DNA of 64,000 nt from positions 16,653 to 80,652 of the forward strand of contig DATFHM010000073.1 in NCBI GenBank assembly GCA_035248385.1. The letters are read 5' to 3'. The notes beneath the pieces were generated by a model that saw nothing but the letters and a program-made list of their open reading frames with translations, ran no database searches and was not told the origin of the DNA. The position numbers were made by a program, and so were the translations under genes. This DNA comes from Nocardioides sp. (GTDB lineage: Bacteria; Actinomycetota; Actinomycetes; Propionibacteriales; Nocardioidaceae). Position 1 is the stretch's first letter; each line of letters opens with the position of its first letter. Of the stretch, positions 38,454 through 47,316 are shown piece by piece.

Positions 38454-39820
38454 CTCCGGCCGCTCGGGTCCGCCCTGTTGAACACGTCCGACCCGAAGGA
38501 CCGCAGGCCCGCCTGACCCGCGAACCCGAGGTGCCCGTGGCCGTCCGAGCCGCCGGTCGTGATGCCGAGCAGGTCCTCGTAGCTGCGCAGCGCCGAGTAG
38601 TGGTTGTAAGGCGTCGGGTTCACGCTCCCCGGGCGGATGAGCGCCGGGTCGAGCAGGACCGCGCCGACCCGCCCGCCGCCGGGGTACTGCCCGGGCGCGG
38701 TCGGGGCCGGCAGGTGGCTGAACAACGCGTCGAGGGGCGGGTAGCCGGGGTTGGCGTTGTCGGGCCCGGCCTGTTCGCCGCAGCACGCCGAGGTGTCGTT
38801 GGGCGAGGCCTCGTCGAAGGTCACCACCACGAGCATCTGGCCGCTCCGGTACGCCGGGGAGCCCAGGATCAACGGCATCCAGTGCTTCAGCCACAGGTCG
38901 GCCGCCACCAGGCCGCCGGCGTGGGTGCCCTCGGTGTTCGTGCCGACGCAGGTGGCGTCGTGGCCGTCGGTGCAGACGTTCGGGGTCACGAAGGAGAACT
39001 GCGGCGTGGTGCTCACCCGGGCCAGGTCCTGCGCGAGATGTCCGGAGAAGGTGTCGCCGGCGGTGCCGACCTTCACCGTGCCGAGCGGCACGACGTGCTG
39101 GTCGCAGTAGGCCTGGTCGTCGATCACGGAGTGGAAGAACAGGCCGGGGACGTGGCGGATCGCGTACTGGTCCGTGGTCGTGGCGTGGTTCGGGAAGGTG
39201 CCGTTGGTGGCGGGGTGGGCGCAGTCCGTGCCGCCCAGGGGGTCGGGGGTGCCGAAGTCGCGGCCCGGGTCGTTGCCCATGTCCTCGGCGTACTCACGCC
39301 ACGTGATCGCCTTGGACCCGCGGGCGTTGGGGTTGGCCTGGGCGTCGAGCTGACCACCGATCGTCTGCACCGAGGCCGGGTAGACGCACCCGCTGCCGTC
39401 GACCTGACCCGGGTACTTCGCCTGGTCCGGGTCGAGCGTGCCCGGCGTGACGTCGGTGTACGTCGAGGCGAAGGTGGTGGTGTTGGTGATGCAGTCGTTG
39501 CCCGAGACCTTGTTCGGCGCCTGGCCGGAGATCTGGGCGAGGTAGTTGTCGGTGCTGAAGTGACCGGTCGCGTAGTAGCTGGTCAGCAGCTGGCCCTGCG
39601 GCACCAGGACCTTGTTCAGGTACGTCGCCGGAGAGCTCGGCCCGAACGAGTCGTCGAAGTCCTCGTTCTCCAGGTCGATGACCAGCACGTGCTTGACCGC
39701 ACCGCCGGTCACCGAGGGCGAGCCGGGAGTCTGCACACCGGCGAACCCAGGGGCGCCGAGGCCGAGGCTCACCGCGGCTGCCGCCGCGAGTCCTGCCGTC
39801 ACGATCGGGAACCTACGCAC
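38450..39820 (-). CDS. Secreted phosphoesterase (acid phosphatase/phospholipase C family)
   Basis: Signal peptide; HVLVIDLEN, HFSTDNY, DGHD, VTFDE, YNHYSALRS. Confidence 0.85.
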   Translation of the reverse strand: MRRFPIVTAGLAAAAAVSLGLGAPGFAGVQTPGSPSVTGGAVKHVLVIDLENEDFDDSFGPSSPATYLNKVLVPQGQLLTSYYATGHFSTDNYLAQISGQAPNKVSGNDCITNTTTFASTYTDVTPGTLDPDQAKYPGQVDGSGCVYPASVQTIGGQLDAQANPNARGSKAITWREYAEDMGNDPGRDFGTPDPLGGTDCAHPATNGTFPNHATTTDQYAIRHVPGLFFHSVIDDQAYCDQHVVPLGTVKVGTAGDTFSGHLAQDLARVSTTPQFSFVTPNVCTDGHDATCVGTNTEGTHAGGLVAADLWLKHWMPLILGSPAYRSGQMLVVVTFDEASPNDTSACCGEQAGPDNANPGYPPLDALFSHLPAPTAPGQYPGGGRVGAVLLDPALIRPGSVNPTPYNHYSALRSYEDLLGITTGGSDGHGHLGFAGQAGLRSFGSDVFNRADPSGRS

Positions 39821-39873
39821 CGCTGCACCTCTTTCGGAGACGAATGATCGGAGCCACTCAATCGACTCGACCC

Positions 39874-39910
39874 GAACGGGGCCCGAACGGTTCTCGACAC
39901 CTGACCGAAC
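39874..39910 (-). promoter_or_regulatory. Possible PhoP (PHO box)-type direct repeats
   Basis: Minus-strand GTTC units at 39874, 39885 and 39907 (11-bp periodicity) upstream of the phosphoesterase. Confidence 0.5.
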
Positions 39911-39965
39911 AGATGCGTGCCAACGGTGCAGGGCGGGACTCCATCGGAGGCCACCGCGCGCTGCG

Positions 39966-40853
39966 TCAGCGCGTGGCCTCCGCACGGAGGTAGTCGCTTG
40001 CCGACCTGGGCATGATGCCGCGTTCCCTCAGGGCCGCGTCGTCCCAGTCGGCGGCGCGGATGTCCTGGAGGAGACCTGCTCCGAAGACCGATGCGAGGGC
40101 GTCGTTGCGCTTGTTCAGCACGCGGATCGCCAACCGGGCGACAGGCCGGGGCATGTGCTGGACCTTCATCCGGCGCCCGGTCACCTCCTCCACCAGAGCC
40201 ACGGCTTCGTTCTTGCTGATCGCCTCCGGCCCACCGACGGTGATCAGGCTGGGCGGGTCGGGCTCCACGGCGACCGACGCAACGAGCGCGGCCACATCCT
40301 CGGTGCTGATCCAGCGGCGCTTGCTGTCCCCCCGGCCGATGATCGCGATCTTCCCCGCGGCGACGTCGAACCGCGCCGCGGCTCCGAAGTGGATCTCCTG
40401 GAAGGCATCCGAGCGAATGACCACCCGCTGCAGCGACGACGCAGCCAACCGCTCCTCGGTGGCGAGCTTGGCGCGCTCCAGCGGGGTGCCGATGGCCTTG
40501 TCCACTCCGGGGAAGGACAGGTACACGAAGCGCCGCACCCCGGCAGACTCCGCCGCCGCGACCAGCGACGCCATGCCGTCCTCGTCAGCCTGCCGGATCG
40601 TCGGCTCCCCGTCGGCCGTCAGCCTCCGCCCGATGACCGTGGCCGTGGCCACGACCGTCGTGACGCCCTGGCACGCGGCCGCGAGGGAATCGGGGTCGGT
40701 GAGGTCGCCTTGCGCCAGCTCCACCCCGAGGTCCCGTAGGCCGGCGGCGTCACTCGTCGGACGAACCAGGCAGCGGACTTCGTGTCCTTGCTCGCGCAAG
40801 ATCCTGGCGACGCGTCCACCCAGGTCGCCCGTGCCGCCGACCACCAGAATCAT
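39966..40853 (-). CDS. NmrA/SDR-family NAD(P)-binding protein
   Basis: LVVGGTGDLG Rossmann motif, GDLTDP, AK..E. Confidence 0.85.
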   Translation of the reverse strand: MILVVGGTGDLGGRVARILREQGHEVRCLVRPTSDAAGLRDLGVELAQGDLTDPDSLAAACQGVTTVVATATVIGRRLTADGEPTIRQADEDGMASLVAAAESAGVRRFVYLSFPGVDKAIGTPLERAKLATEERLAASSLQRVVIRSDAFQEIHFGAAARFDVAAGKIAIIGRGDSKRRWISTEDVAALVASVAVEPDPPSLITVGGPEAISKNEAVALVEEVTGRRMKVQHMPRPVARLAIRVLNKRNDALASVFGAGLLQDIRAADWDDAALRERGIMPRSASDYLRAEATR

Positions 40854-40945
40854 GTCGATCACCGCCGCTCGTCCGTCACCTCAGTGTCCGTCCGGCGCTT
40901 CCCGGTGTACAGGCTCAGGTTCCCGATTCGGCCGGCAGGAGAGGT

Positions 40946-41152
40946 CTAGGCCGCTGCGCCGGCGCCGAGGGCCTCGGCCCGCGCCCGGAGGGCGACGGCG
41001 GCCAGGCGGTGCCCGACGACGGATTCGGGCGTGGGCGCCCAGTACGGGACGGCGGCGGCCTCGCTGTGGGCGAGCGCCTCCTCGGTGCCGGCCAGGTCGA
41101 CCAGCAGTGCGTAGATCTCGGTCAGCGCCGTAGCGGTGATGGCGGTGGTCAT
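40946..41152 (-). CDS. Small hypothetical protein (68 aa)
   Basis: AGGAGG RBS, ATG; MTTAITATALTEIYALLVDLAGTEE...VPYWAPTP; GC-rich third positions. Confidence 0.65.
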   Translation of the reverse strand: MTTAITATALTEIYALLVDLAGTEEALAHSEAAAVPYWAPTPESVVGHRLAAVALRARAEALGAGAAA

Positions 41153-41428
41153 GGTGCGGCCTCCTGTTCGAATCCGATGGGTGATGCCGTCAGGTTCTCC
41201 CGCCGGACGCGGATCCGGGACCGTTGAACTACGACATCCGGTACCTAGACCGCTCGATCTAGGTAGGGCAGCCGTGGCGATCGCGACCCCGTCGCGATGG
41301 GAGGCGATGGCGGCGGGCTCTCGCGGCTCAGGATCATCATCTGAAAATGTGTATTGTCGAATATGGGCGCGGGTGCGAGGGTTCGAGACGTGCGCTGACC
41401 GGCAGCGCGTGACCAGGAGGAATCCCTG

Positions 41429-42280
41429 ATGTTGAAGCGTCTGACCGTCATCGCGGCCCCCGCGGCGCTCGCCGCGGCTGCCGTTCTCGTGGCTGCTCCA
41501 GCCCACGCGACGGCGGGGGTCAACGATCCGAGCTGCAGGCCGACGACCGTGCACCCGTACCCTGTCGTGTTCCTGCACGGGCTCGGCGCGAACATGAACG
41601 AGGACATCAACGTGCTGCAGTCCGACGTCGCGGGCAAGGGCTACTGCACCTTCGCGCTGACGTACGGCACCTACCAGTACGGACCGTACGTCGGAGGGAT
41701 GGCGGACGTGACCCAGTCGGCACAGCAGATCGCCGGCTTCATCTCGGCGGTCCTCGGCGAGACGGGCGCCTCGAAGGTCGACATCGTCGGTCACTCCGAG
41801 GGTGGCTTCGAGTCCCTGTACACCACCAAGACCCAGGGCATCGCCACCAAGGTCGACAAGGTCGTGGCGATCGCCGCCCCCGCACACGGGACCCAGTTCC
41901 TCGGCCTCCAGAGCCTCGCCCTGGCGCTCGGCATCCAGTCGTACTCGAACTCGATCATCGCCGCCGGCGGCTGCCCCGCGTGCACCCAGCTCTCCGACGG
42001 CGGCAGCGCCGTGGCGACCTTGGACAACGGCCCGATCGCGCAGCCGGGCGTCAGCTACACCATGATCACCTCGAGGTACGACGAGCTCGTGACGCCGACG
42101 GGCACGTCGTTCGTCAACGAACCCGGCGTGACCAACGAGTACGTCCAGGACCTCTGCCCGAGCGACCCGGTGGGTCACATCGGCGAGGCCTACGACACCA
42201 ACGTGTGGAACATGGTCGAGAACGCGCTCGACCCCGCCCACGCCGTCACCTTCACGTGCTCGGCCGGATCGCCCGGCTGA
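41429..42280 (+). CDS. Secreted lipase/esterase (alpha/beta hydrolase)
   Basis: Signal peptide; VFLHGLG, GHSEGG, D..V.P, GH; AGGAGG RBS. Confidence 0.9.
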   Translation: MLKRLTVIAAPAALAAAAVLVAAPAHATAGVNDPSCRPTTVHPYPVVFLHGLGANMNEDINVLQSDVAGKGYCTFALTYGTYQYGPYVGGMADVTQSAQQIAGFISAVLGETGASKVDIVGHSEGGFESLYTTKTQGIATKVDKVVAIAAPAHGTQFLGLQSLALALGIQSYSNSIIAAGGCPACTQLSDGGSAVATLDNGPIAQPGVSYTMITSRYDELVTPTGTSFVNEPGVTNEYVQDLCPSDPVGHIGEAYDTNVWNMVENALDPAHAVTFTCSAGSPG

Positions 42281-42319
42281 CCGGCGTCGAGCTGCCCGAA
42301 GCGACTGAGGAGGGAAACC

Positions 42320-42949
42320 GTGCCTGAAGCCACCGAGAGACGGTCGTACGGCGGCATGACGGCGAGCGAGCGAGACGAGCAGCGCCGCCGGCGGCTGCTC
42401 GACACCGCGACCGAGATCATCGGAACGGCCGGGTATGCGGGGCTGACCATTCCCCGCGTGTGTGCGGACGCGAGGGTGTCCACTCGTCACCTCTACGAGC
42501 TGTACGACGCCAAGGAGGATCTGTTCGTCGACCTCTACGACCGCATCACCGCCGACTCGTACGCACGGGTCGCGGCCTCCCTGGCGGCCACGGCCGGCGC
42601 GCGGCTCCGCGAGCGCGTGCCGGCCGCGCTGCTGGCCTACCTCGACCCGATGCTCAGGGACGCGCGGATCGCGCGGATCGCCTTCGTCGAGATCATGGGC
42701 GCCAGCGCCCGGATCGAGGCGCTGCGTCTGAGCTACCGCCAGACCCTGATCGACGTCGTCACGACCGAAGGGGCTGCCGCCGCCGAGCGCGGCGAGATCG
42801 ACGACCGCGACTGGCGCTTCGCCGCCCTCGCGCTCATCGGGGCGGTGACGACGATCGTGTACGACTGGGCCCTGCAGGGGCAGCGAACGGGGCGCCGCGC
42901 CCTCGAGCAGCAGCTGGCAGACCTGGCCGCGACGCTCCTCGCCGGCTAG
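42320..42949 (+). CDS. TetR/AcrR-family regulator
   Basis: N-terminal HTH LLDTA..IIG..GY..LTIPRVC..A.VS..HLYELY..KE. Confidence 0.9.
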   Translation: MPEATERRSYGGMTASERDEQRRRRLLDTATEIIGTAGYAGLTIPRVCADARVSTRHLYELYDAKEDLFVDLYDRITADSYARVAASLAATAGARLRERVPAALLAYLDPMLRDARIARIAFVEIMGASARIEALRLSYRQTLIDVVTTEGAAAAERGEIDDRDWRFAALALIGAVTTIVYDWALQGQRTGRRALEQQLADLAATLLAG

Positions 42950-42977
42950 GTGTGCTGTCCAGGCACGTGGGGGTCGA

Positions 42978-44510
42978 TCACCGGCGTACATCCTGGGTGT
43001 CGGTCCAGTAGGGCGCGCGCAGCTTGAACTTCTGCAGCTTCCCGGTGGCTGTCCGCGACAACGCGTCCCGGAGCTCCACCGAGGTCGGGGCCTTGTAGCC
43101 CGCGAGCCGCGACTTGCACCACGCGATCAGCTCACGCTCGTCGGCGCTGCACCCGGGCGCGAGCACCACGAGGGCCTTGATCGTCTCGCCCCACTTCTCG
43201 CTCGGTACGCCGATCACCGCGACCTCGGCGACGGCCGGGTGGGAGAACAGGGCGTCCTCGACCTCGATCGAGGACACGTTCTCGCCACCGGTGATGATGA
43301 CGTCCTTCTTCCGGTCGCTGATCGTCAGGTAGCCGTCGCCCGCCACGGTTCCACCGTCACCGGTGTGGAACCAGCCGTCCCGCAACGCGGCGGCCGTCTC
43401 GTCGGGTCGGTCCCAGTAGCCACCGAGCACTCCGTTGGACCGCGCGAGCACCTCGCCCTCGTCATCGATCCGGAGCCGGACGCCGAGCGCCGGGCTTCCC
43501 GCCCGGCCGAGCTTGGCGGCACGCCGCTCGGACGTCAGGCCGTCCCACTCGCTGCGTGACCGGTTGATGGTGAGCAGCGGGGAGGTCTCCGTGAGGCCGT
43601 AGAGCTGGATGAACTCCCAGCCGAGCTCCTGCTCGACGCGAGCGATCGTCGTCGTGGGCGGTGGCGCTCCGGCGACGACGATCCGGACCCGGTCGCGGCC
43701 GGGGATCGGCCCGGCCCACGAGCGTGCCGCGTCGAGGATGCTGGCGATGACGGCGGGCGCCGCGCACAGCAGCGTGACGCCGTGGCGCTCGACACGCTCG
43801 AGGATCTCGGTCCCCTCGACCTTCCGCAGGATGACCTGGGGGATCCCGAGCCCGGCGGCGATGAAGGGCATCCCCCACCCGTTGACGTGGAACAGGGGCA
43901 GCGTGTGGAGGTAGACGTCGCGATCGGTGGTCGCCACGTGCAGGCCGAGCGTCACGGCGTTGACCCACAGGTTGCGGTGGGTCAGCTCGACGCCCTTGGG
44001 GCGTGCTGTGGTGCCCGAGGTGTAGTTGATGGTCGCGATGGCTGTCTCGTCAGGCTCCCAGTGGTTCGGCACCGCGCCGGGTGGCGCGTACAGGTCTTCG
44101 TCCTCACCCAGCACGAGCACCTTCTCCACCGCGAGACCGGCGAGCGGGTCCACGAGCTCGGGATCGACGAGGAGCACCCGCGCACCGCTGTGCTCGACGA
44201 TGTAGGCGACCTCGTCGCGGCTGAGCCTGAAGTTGATCGGGACGAGGACCCTGCCGGAGCCGCAGACGCCGAAGAAGCTGATCAGAAGGCGCGCGCTGTT
44301 GTGCGAGATGATCGCGACCCGCTCCCCCACGCCGACTCCGAGCTCGTCGAGCCGCGCGGCCTGCCTTCGGGCCAGGTCGGCCACGTCCCGGTAGGTCAGC
44401 TCGTCCATCGACGGCGCGGGCTGCTGGGGCTCATCGACGATGCCGGTGCGATCGCCGTACACGTGCTCGGCTCGGTCGAGGAAGTCCGAGACGCTGAAGG
44501 GGACGAGCAT
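42978..44510 (-). CDS. AMP-binding acyl-CoA synthetase
   Basis: YTSGTTARPKGV, YGLTE, WFHTGD, DRKKDVIITGGEN, TGKLQK. Confidence 0.92.
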   Translation of the reverse strand: MLVPFSVSDFLDRAEHVYGDRTGIVDEPQQPAPSMDELTYRDVADLARRQAARLDELGVGVGERVAIISHNSARLLISFFGVCGSGRVLVPINFRLSRDEVAYIVEHSGARVLLVDPELVDPLAGLAVEKVLVLGEDEDLYAPPGAVPNHWEPDETAIATINYTSGTTARPKGVELTHRNLWVNAVTLGLHVATTDRDVYLHTLPLFHVNGWGMPFIAAGLGIPQVILRKVEGTEILERVERHGVTLLCAAPAVIASILDAARSWAGPIPGRDRVRIVVAGAPPPTTTIARVEQELGWEFIQLYGLTETSPLLTINRSRSEWDGLTSERRAAKLGRAGSPALGVRLRIDDEGEVLARSNGVLGGYWDRPDETAAALRDGWFHTGDGGTVAGDGYLTISDRKKDVIITGGENVSSIEVEDALFSHPAVAEVAVIGVPSEKWGETIKALVVLAPGCSADERELIAWCKSRLAGYKAPTSVELRDALSRTATGKLQKFKLRAPYWTDTQDVRR

Positions 44511-44645
44511 GATCAAGCTCCCTGCGGTTGAGGTGGAGGTGGTCACGGTGACCCGCGCGGCGTGGGTCCGCCCGTCGCGTCGGGCGGCTGAGTGCCGCGC
44601 GGGTCACCGGGTCAGGGGTGCCGAAGCAGATGCGGCACCGTCGGG

Positions 44646-45860
44646 TCACCCGGCGTTGATGCCCCAGGCCTTCAGGTAGGCGCTCGGGTAGTCGACCGGG
44701 CCGATGTAGTAGGCACTGTTGTCCGGGAGGTTGCGCTTCGCGTCGTACAGCGAGAGGCCCATCCCGGACGGGAATCCGGGACCGTCCGGCTTCTGGCCGG
44801 CCAGCAGGCGGTTCATCGCGTCGAGCGACGCCCATGCCTCCCAGGCGATCGGGTAGACCATGCCCGCGTTCACGCCGCGGCCCGCCTTGACCAGGTCGAC
44901 GACCGGCGTGGTGCCCTCACCACCCATGACGAAGAGGCTGTTCTTGCGCCCGCTGGCCATCACCGCGGGCGCCACGTTCAGCGTCGCGGCGTCGTAGATG
45001 CCGTAGACGGCGTTGGCCTCCGGGTGCTGGGTGAGGGCCTGCGCCACCTTGTCCTGGAGAGCCGATCCGAAGTCGTTGCCCGTGAACTCGACGGTGTCGA
45101 CCACCTTGCAGCCCGGGCAGTCCTGAGCGAGCGTCGCGTCGAAGCCGTGGTCCAGGGCGAGGAACGTCGGCGCGTCGGTCTGCTTGAGCTTGATGATCTT
45201 GGCGTCACCATGGGTCGCGCCGATGATCCCCAGCGCCTGGTACCTCGACACGAGGTTGCCGTAGTACTCGGGGAACGCGAGCGGCTTCGCCGGGTCGTCC
45301 GGGTTGTTGTAGGTGACGACGGCGTCGAACAGTCCCGGCTCGCCCGTCGGCTTGATCGCGCCGTTGGCGTCGACCTTCTGGTTGCAGTCGAAGGACTGGA
45401 ACGCGACGATCGGGATCCCAGCCTTGGCGACGTCCTGGAAGCCGGCCTTGGCGATCGGGCAGTCGATGCCGTAGACGATGACCCCATCGGCCTTGTCGGC
45501 GATGGCCTGGCGCAGTCCGTTGACCATCGTGTCCGGGTTGAACTGGCCGTCGAAGACGGTGAGGTGCCACCCCATCTTCTTGGCGGCGTCCTCGATCTGG
45601 CCGGGCACCGAGAAGTCGGTGTACTGCGCCGAAGCCGTGATGAACCAGATGTTCTCCCCTGGTTTGGGATGGGGAGAGGTGGTCGGCGGCGTGCCGAAGC
45701 TGCCGTGGGCGTCGAAGACCGCGTTCGCCTCCTTCTCGACCTGGGGGGTGAGTCCCGGTCCGGACCCTCCCGATGACGCTCCTGCCGCGCCGCACGCACT
45801 GGCGGCGAGGGCGATGACGGCGCTCGCGACCAGCGCGGCCGCCTTGCGGTGAACCTTCAT
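44646..45860 (-). CDS. Sugar-type (RbsB-like) substrate-binding lipoprotein
   Basis: Lipobox ASAC; FDGQFNP, AIADKADGVI, HPEANAVY. Confidence 0.8.
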   Translation of the reverse strand: MKVHRKAAALVASAVIALAASACGAAGASSGGSGPGLTPQVEKEANAVFDAHGSFGTPPTTSPHPKPGENIWFITASAQYTDFSVPGQIEDAAKKMGWHLTVFDGQFNPDTMVNGLRQAIADKADGVIVYGIDCPIAKAGFQDVAKAGIPIVAFQSFDCNQKVDANGAIKPTGEPGLFDAVVTYNNPDDPAKPLAFPEYYGNLVSRYQALGIIGATHGDAKIIKLKQTDAPTFLALDHGFDATLAQDCPGCKVVDTVEFTGNDFGSALQDKVAQALTQHPEANAVYGIYDAATLNVAPAVMASGRKNSLFVMGGEGTTPVVDLVKAGRGVNAGMVYPIAWEAWASLDAMNRLLAGQKPDGPGFPSGMGLSLYDAKRNLPDNSAYYIGPVDYPSAYLKAWGINAG

Positions 45861-45909
45861 GACCTGACTCCTCCGGGCTTCGTGGAACTCCATGTGACTT
45901 GACTCCGTT

Positions 45910-47316
45910 TCATCGCTCTGGTCCGTCCCAGAGGCCTTGGTTCAGCACGCCGGACGGGTCGACGTGGTCCCGAACCGTCCGGACGAGATCTCGGTACGCC
46001 GGCGACCACGCACCGGCGAGGACGCGGCTGACCTCGCCCTGGTGGGGCTCGGACCATCCCCCGAGCGCGCACACGAGCTCGTAGCCCTCGCGCGTGACCC
46101 GCCGGGCGGCCGCGCGGGCGTCGGGGACGGTGTCGTCGTACGGAAGCGTGATGGCGAACCACGTGGCGTGGCGTCCGTACGGGCTGAGGAACACGATGGG
46201 CTCGATGCCGAGGTCGGCCAATCCTTCGGCTACCCGACGGTCGACCAGGTCCTGGAGGCTGGCGAACGACGCGGGGAATGTTCGGTTGTCGAAGATGCCG
46301 GCGATCGCTCCCCGGTCCACGGCGATGAACTGGTCTGCCCACGCGGGGTCCTGGGCAGCGATGGCACGGGCGGACTCGATCAGGTCGCCGCCGCCGGGCC
46401 GGCCGCCGTGCTTCGCGATGGCCTGCTCGATGGTGACCACGTGGTGTGCCAGGAGCTCGTCGGTGCTGGCTCGCGAGGTGAACGTCAGCGACCAGGAGGA
46501 GGGACCTCGGACGACGTACAGGTTCGAGTAGGGCACCTCGTGCACCCGCCGCAGCTCATCCAGCGTCGCCAGCGCGGCCTCGAGGCTCGGGAGCTCGAAG
46601 GCACCCGCGTGGACCGCAGGCCGCGTCGGCTCCAACGCGATGGTCGCGACCAGCTTGACGCCGAGCGTGCCGCCGTCGCCGATGAAGAGCTGCGTGAGGC
46701 CCGGACCGTCGGACGAGGGAATCGCCGAGGTGGTGCGGTGCACGTTCGACCCGCCGGCGTTGGTGTCGACGATGGTGCCGTTCGGGAGCGCCAGTCGGAG
46801 GCCGAGCACGAACTGGCCGCTGCCGCCCACCTCAGCGGTGTCGCCGGGGAAGCCGCCGCCGCACACGCCGCTGAGCACCCCGCCGAGCGTCGTGTACTTC
46901 CGCGGCACCGCGACGGTGTGCACGACATAGCCCCGCTCGGCGACCGCCGCCTGCAGGTCGGCCATGAGGATGCCGCACTCGGCGCTCACGGTCATCGTGG
47001 CGTCGTCGATCTCGAGGACGCGGTTCATCGACCTCGTGTCGAGCACGATCGGGGAGGTGCCGGGTGCCGCCGGTGGACCTCCGAGCGAGAACCCGCCGCC
47101 GCGTACGACGACCGGCGTCCCACGCTCGGACGCGATCGCCAGCACTGCCGCCACGTCCTCGGCGGACGCCGCTCGCACCACGACCGCCGGGTCCAGCTCG
47201 TCGAACGGCCCCTTGCCGGGGCGGTAGCCGTCGAGGGATCGCGCGTCGGCGATGACCGCGTCGGCCCCGACGGCCGCGACCAGCTCGTCGACGAGGCCCG
47301 CGACCACGGCGGTCAC
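45910..47316 (-). CDS. FAD-binding oxidoreductase (FAD_binding_4, D-2-hydroxyacid dehydrogenase-like)
   Basis: PVVVRGGGFS, TLGG, GTLGV, EPHQG, DPSGVLN. Confidence 0.85.
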   Translation of the reverse strand: MTAVVAGLVDELVAAVGADAVIADARSLDGYRPGKGPFDELDPAVVVRAASAEDVAAVLAIASERGTPVVVRGGGFSLGGPPAAPGTSPIVLDTRSMNRVLEIDDATMTVSAECGILMADLQAAVAERGYVVHTVAVPRKYTTLGGVLSGVCGGGFPGDTAEVGGSGQFVLGLRLALPNGTIVDTNAGGSNVHRTTSAIPSSDGPGLTQLFIGDGGTLGVKLVATIALEPTRPAVHAGAFELPSLEAALATLDELRRVHEVPYSNLYVVRGPSSWSLTFTSRASTDELLAHHVVTIEQAIAKHGGRPGGGDLIESARAIAAQDPAWADQFIAVDRGAIAGIFDNRTFPASFASLQDLVDRRVAEGLADLGIEPIVFLSPYGRHATWFAITLPYDDTVPDARAAARRVTREGYELVCALGGWSEPHQGEVSRVLAGAWSPAYRDLVRTVRDHVDPSGVLNQGLWDGPER

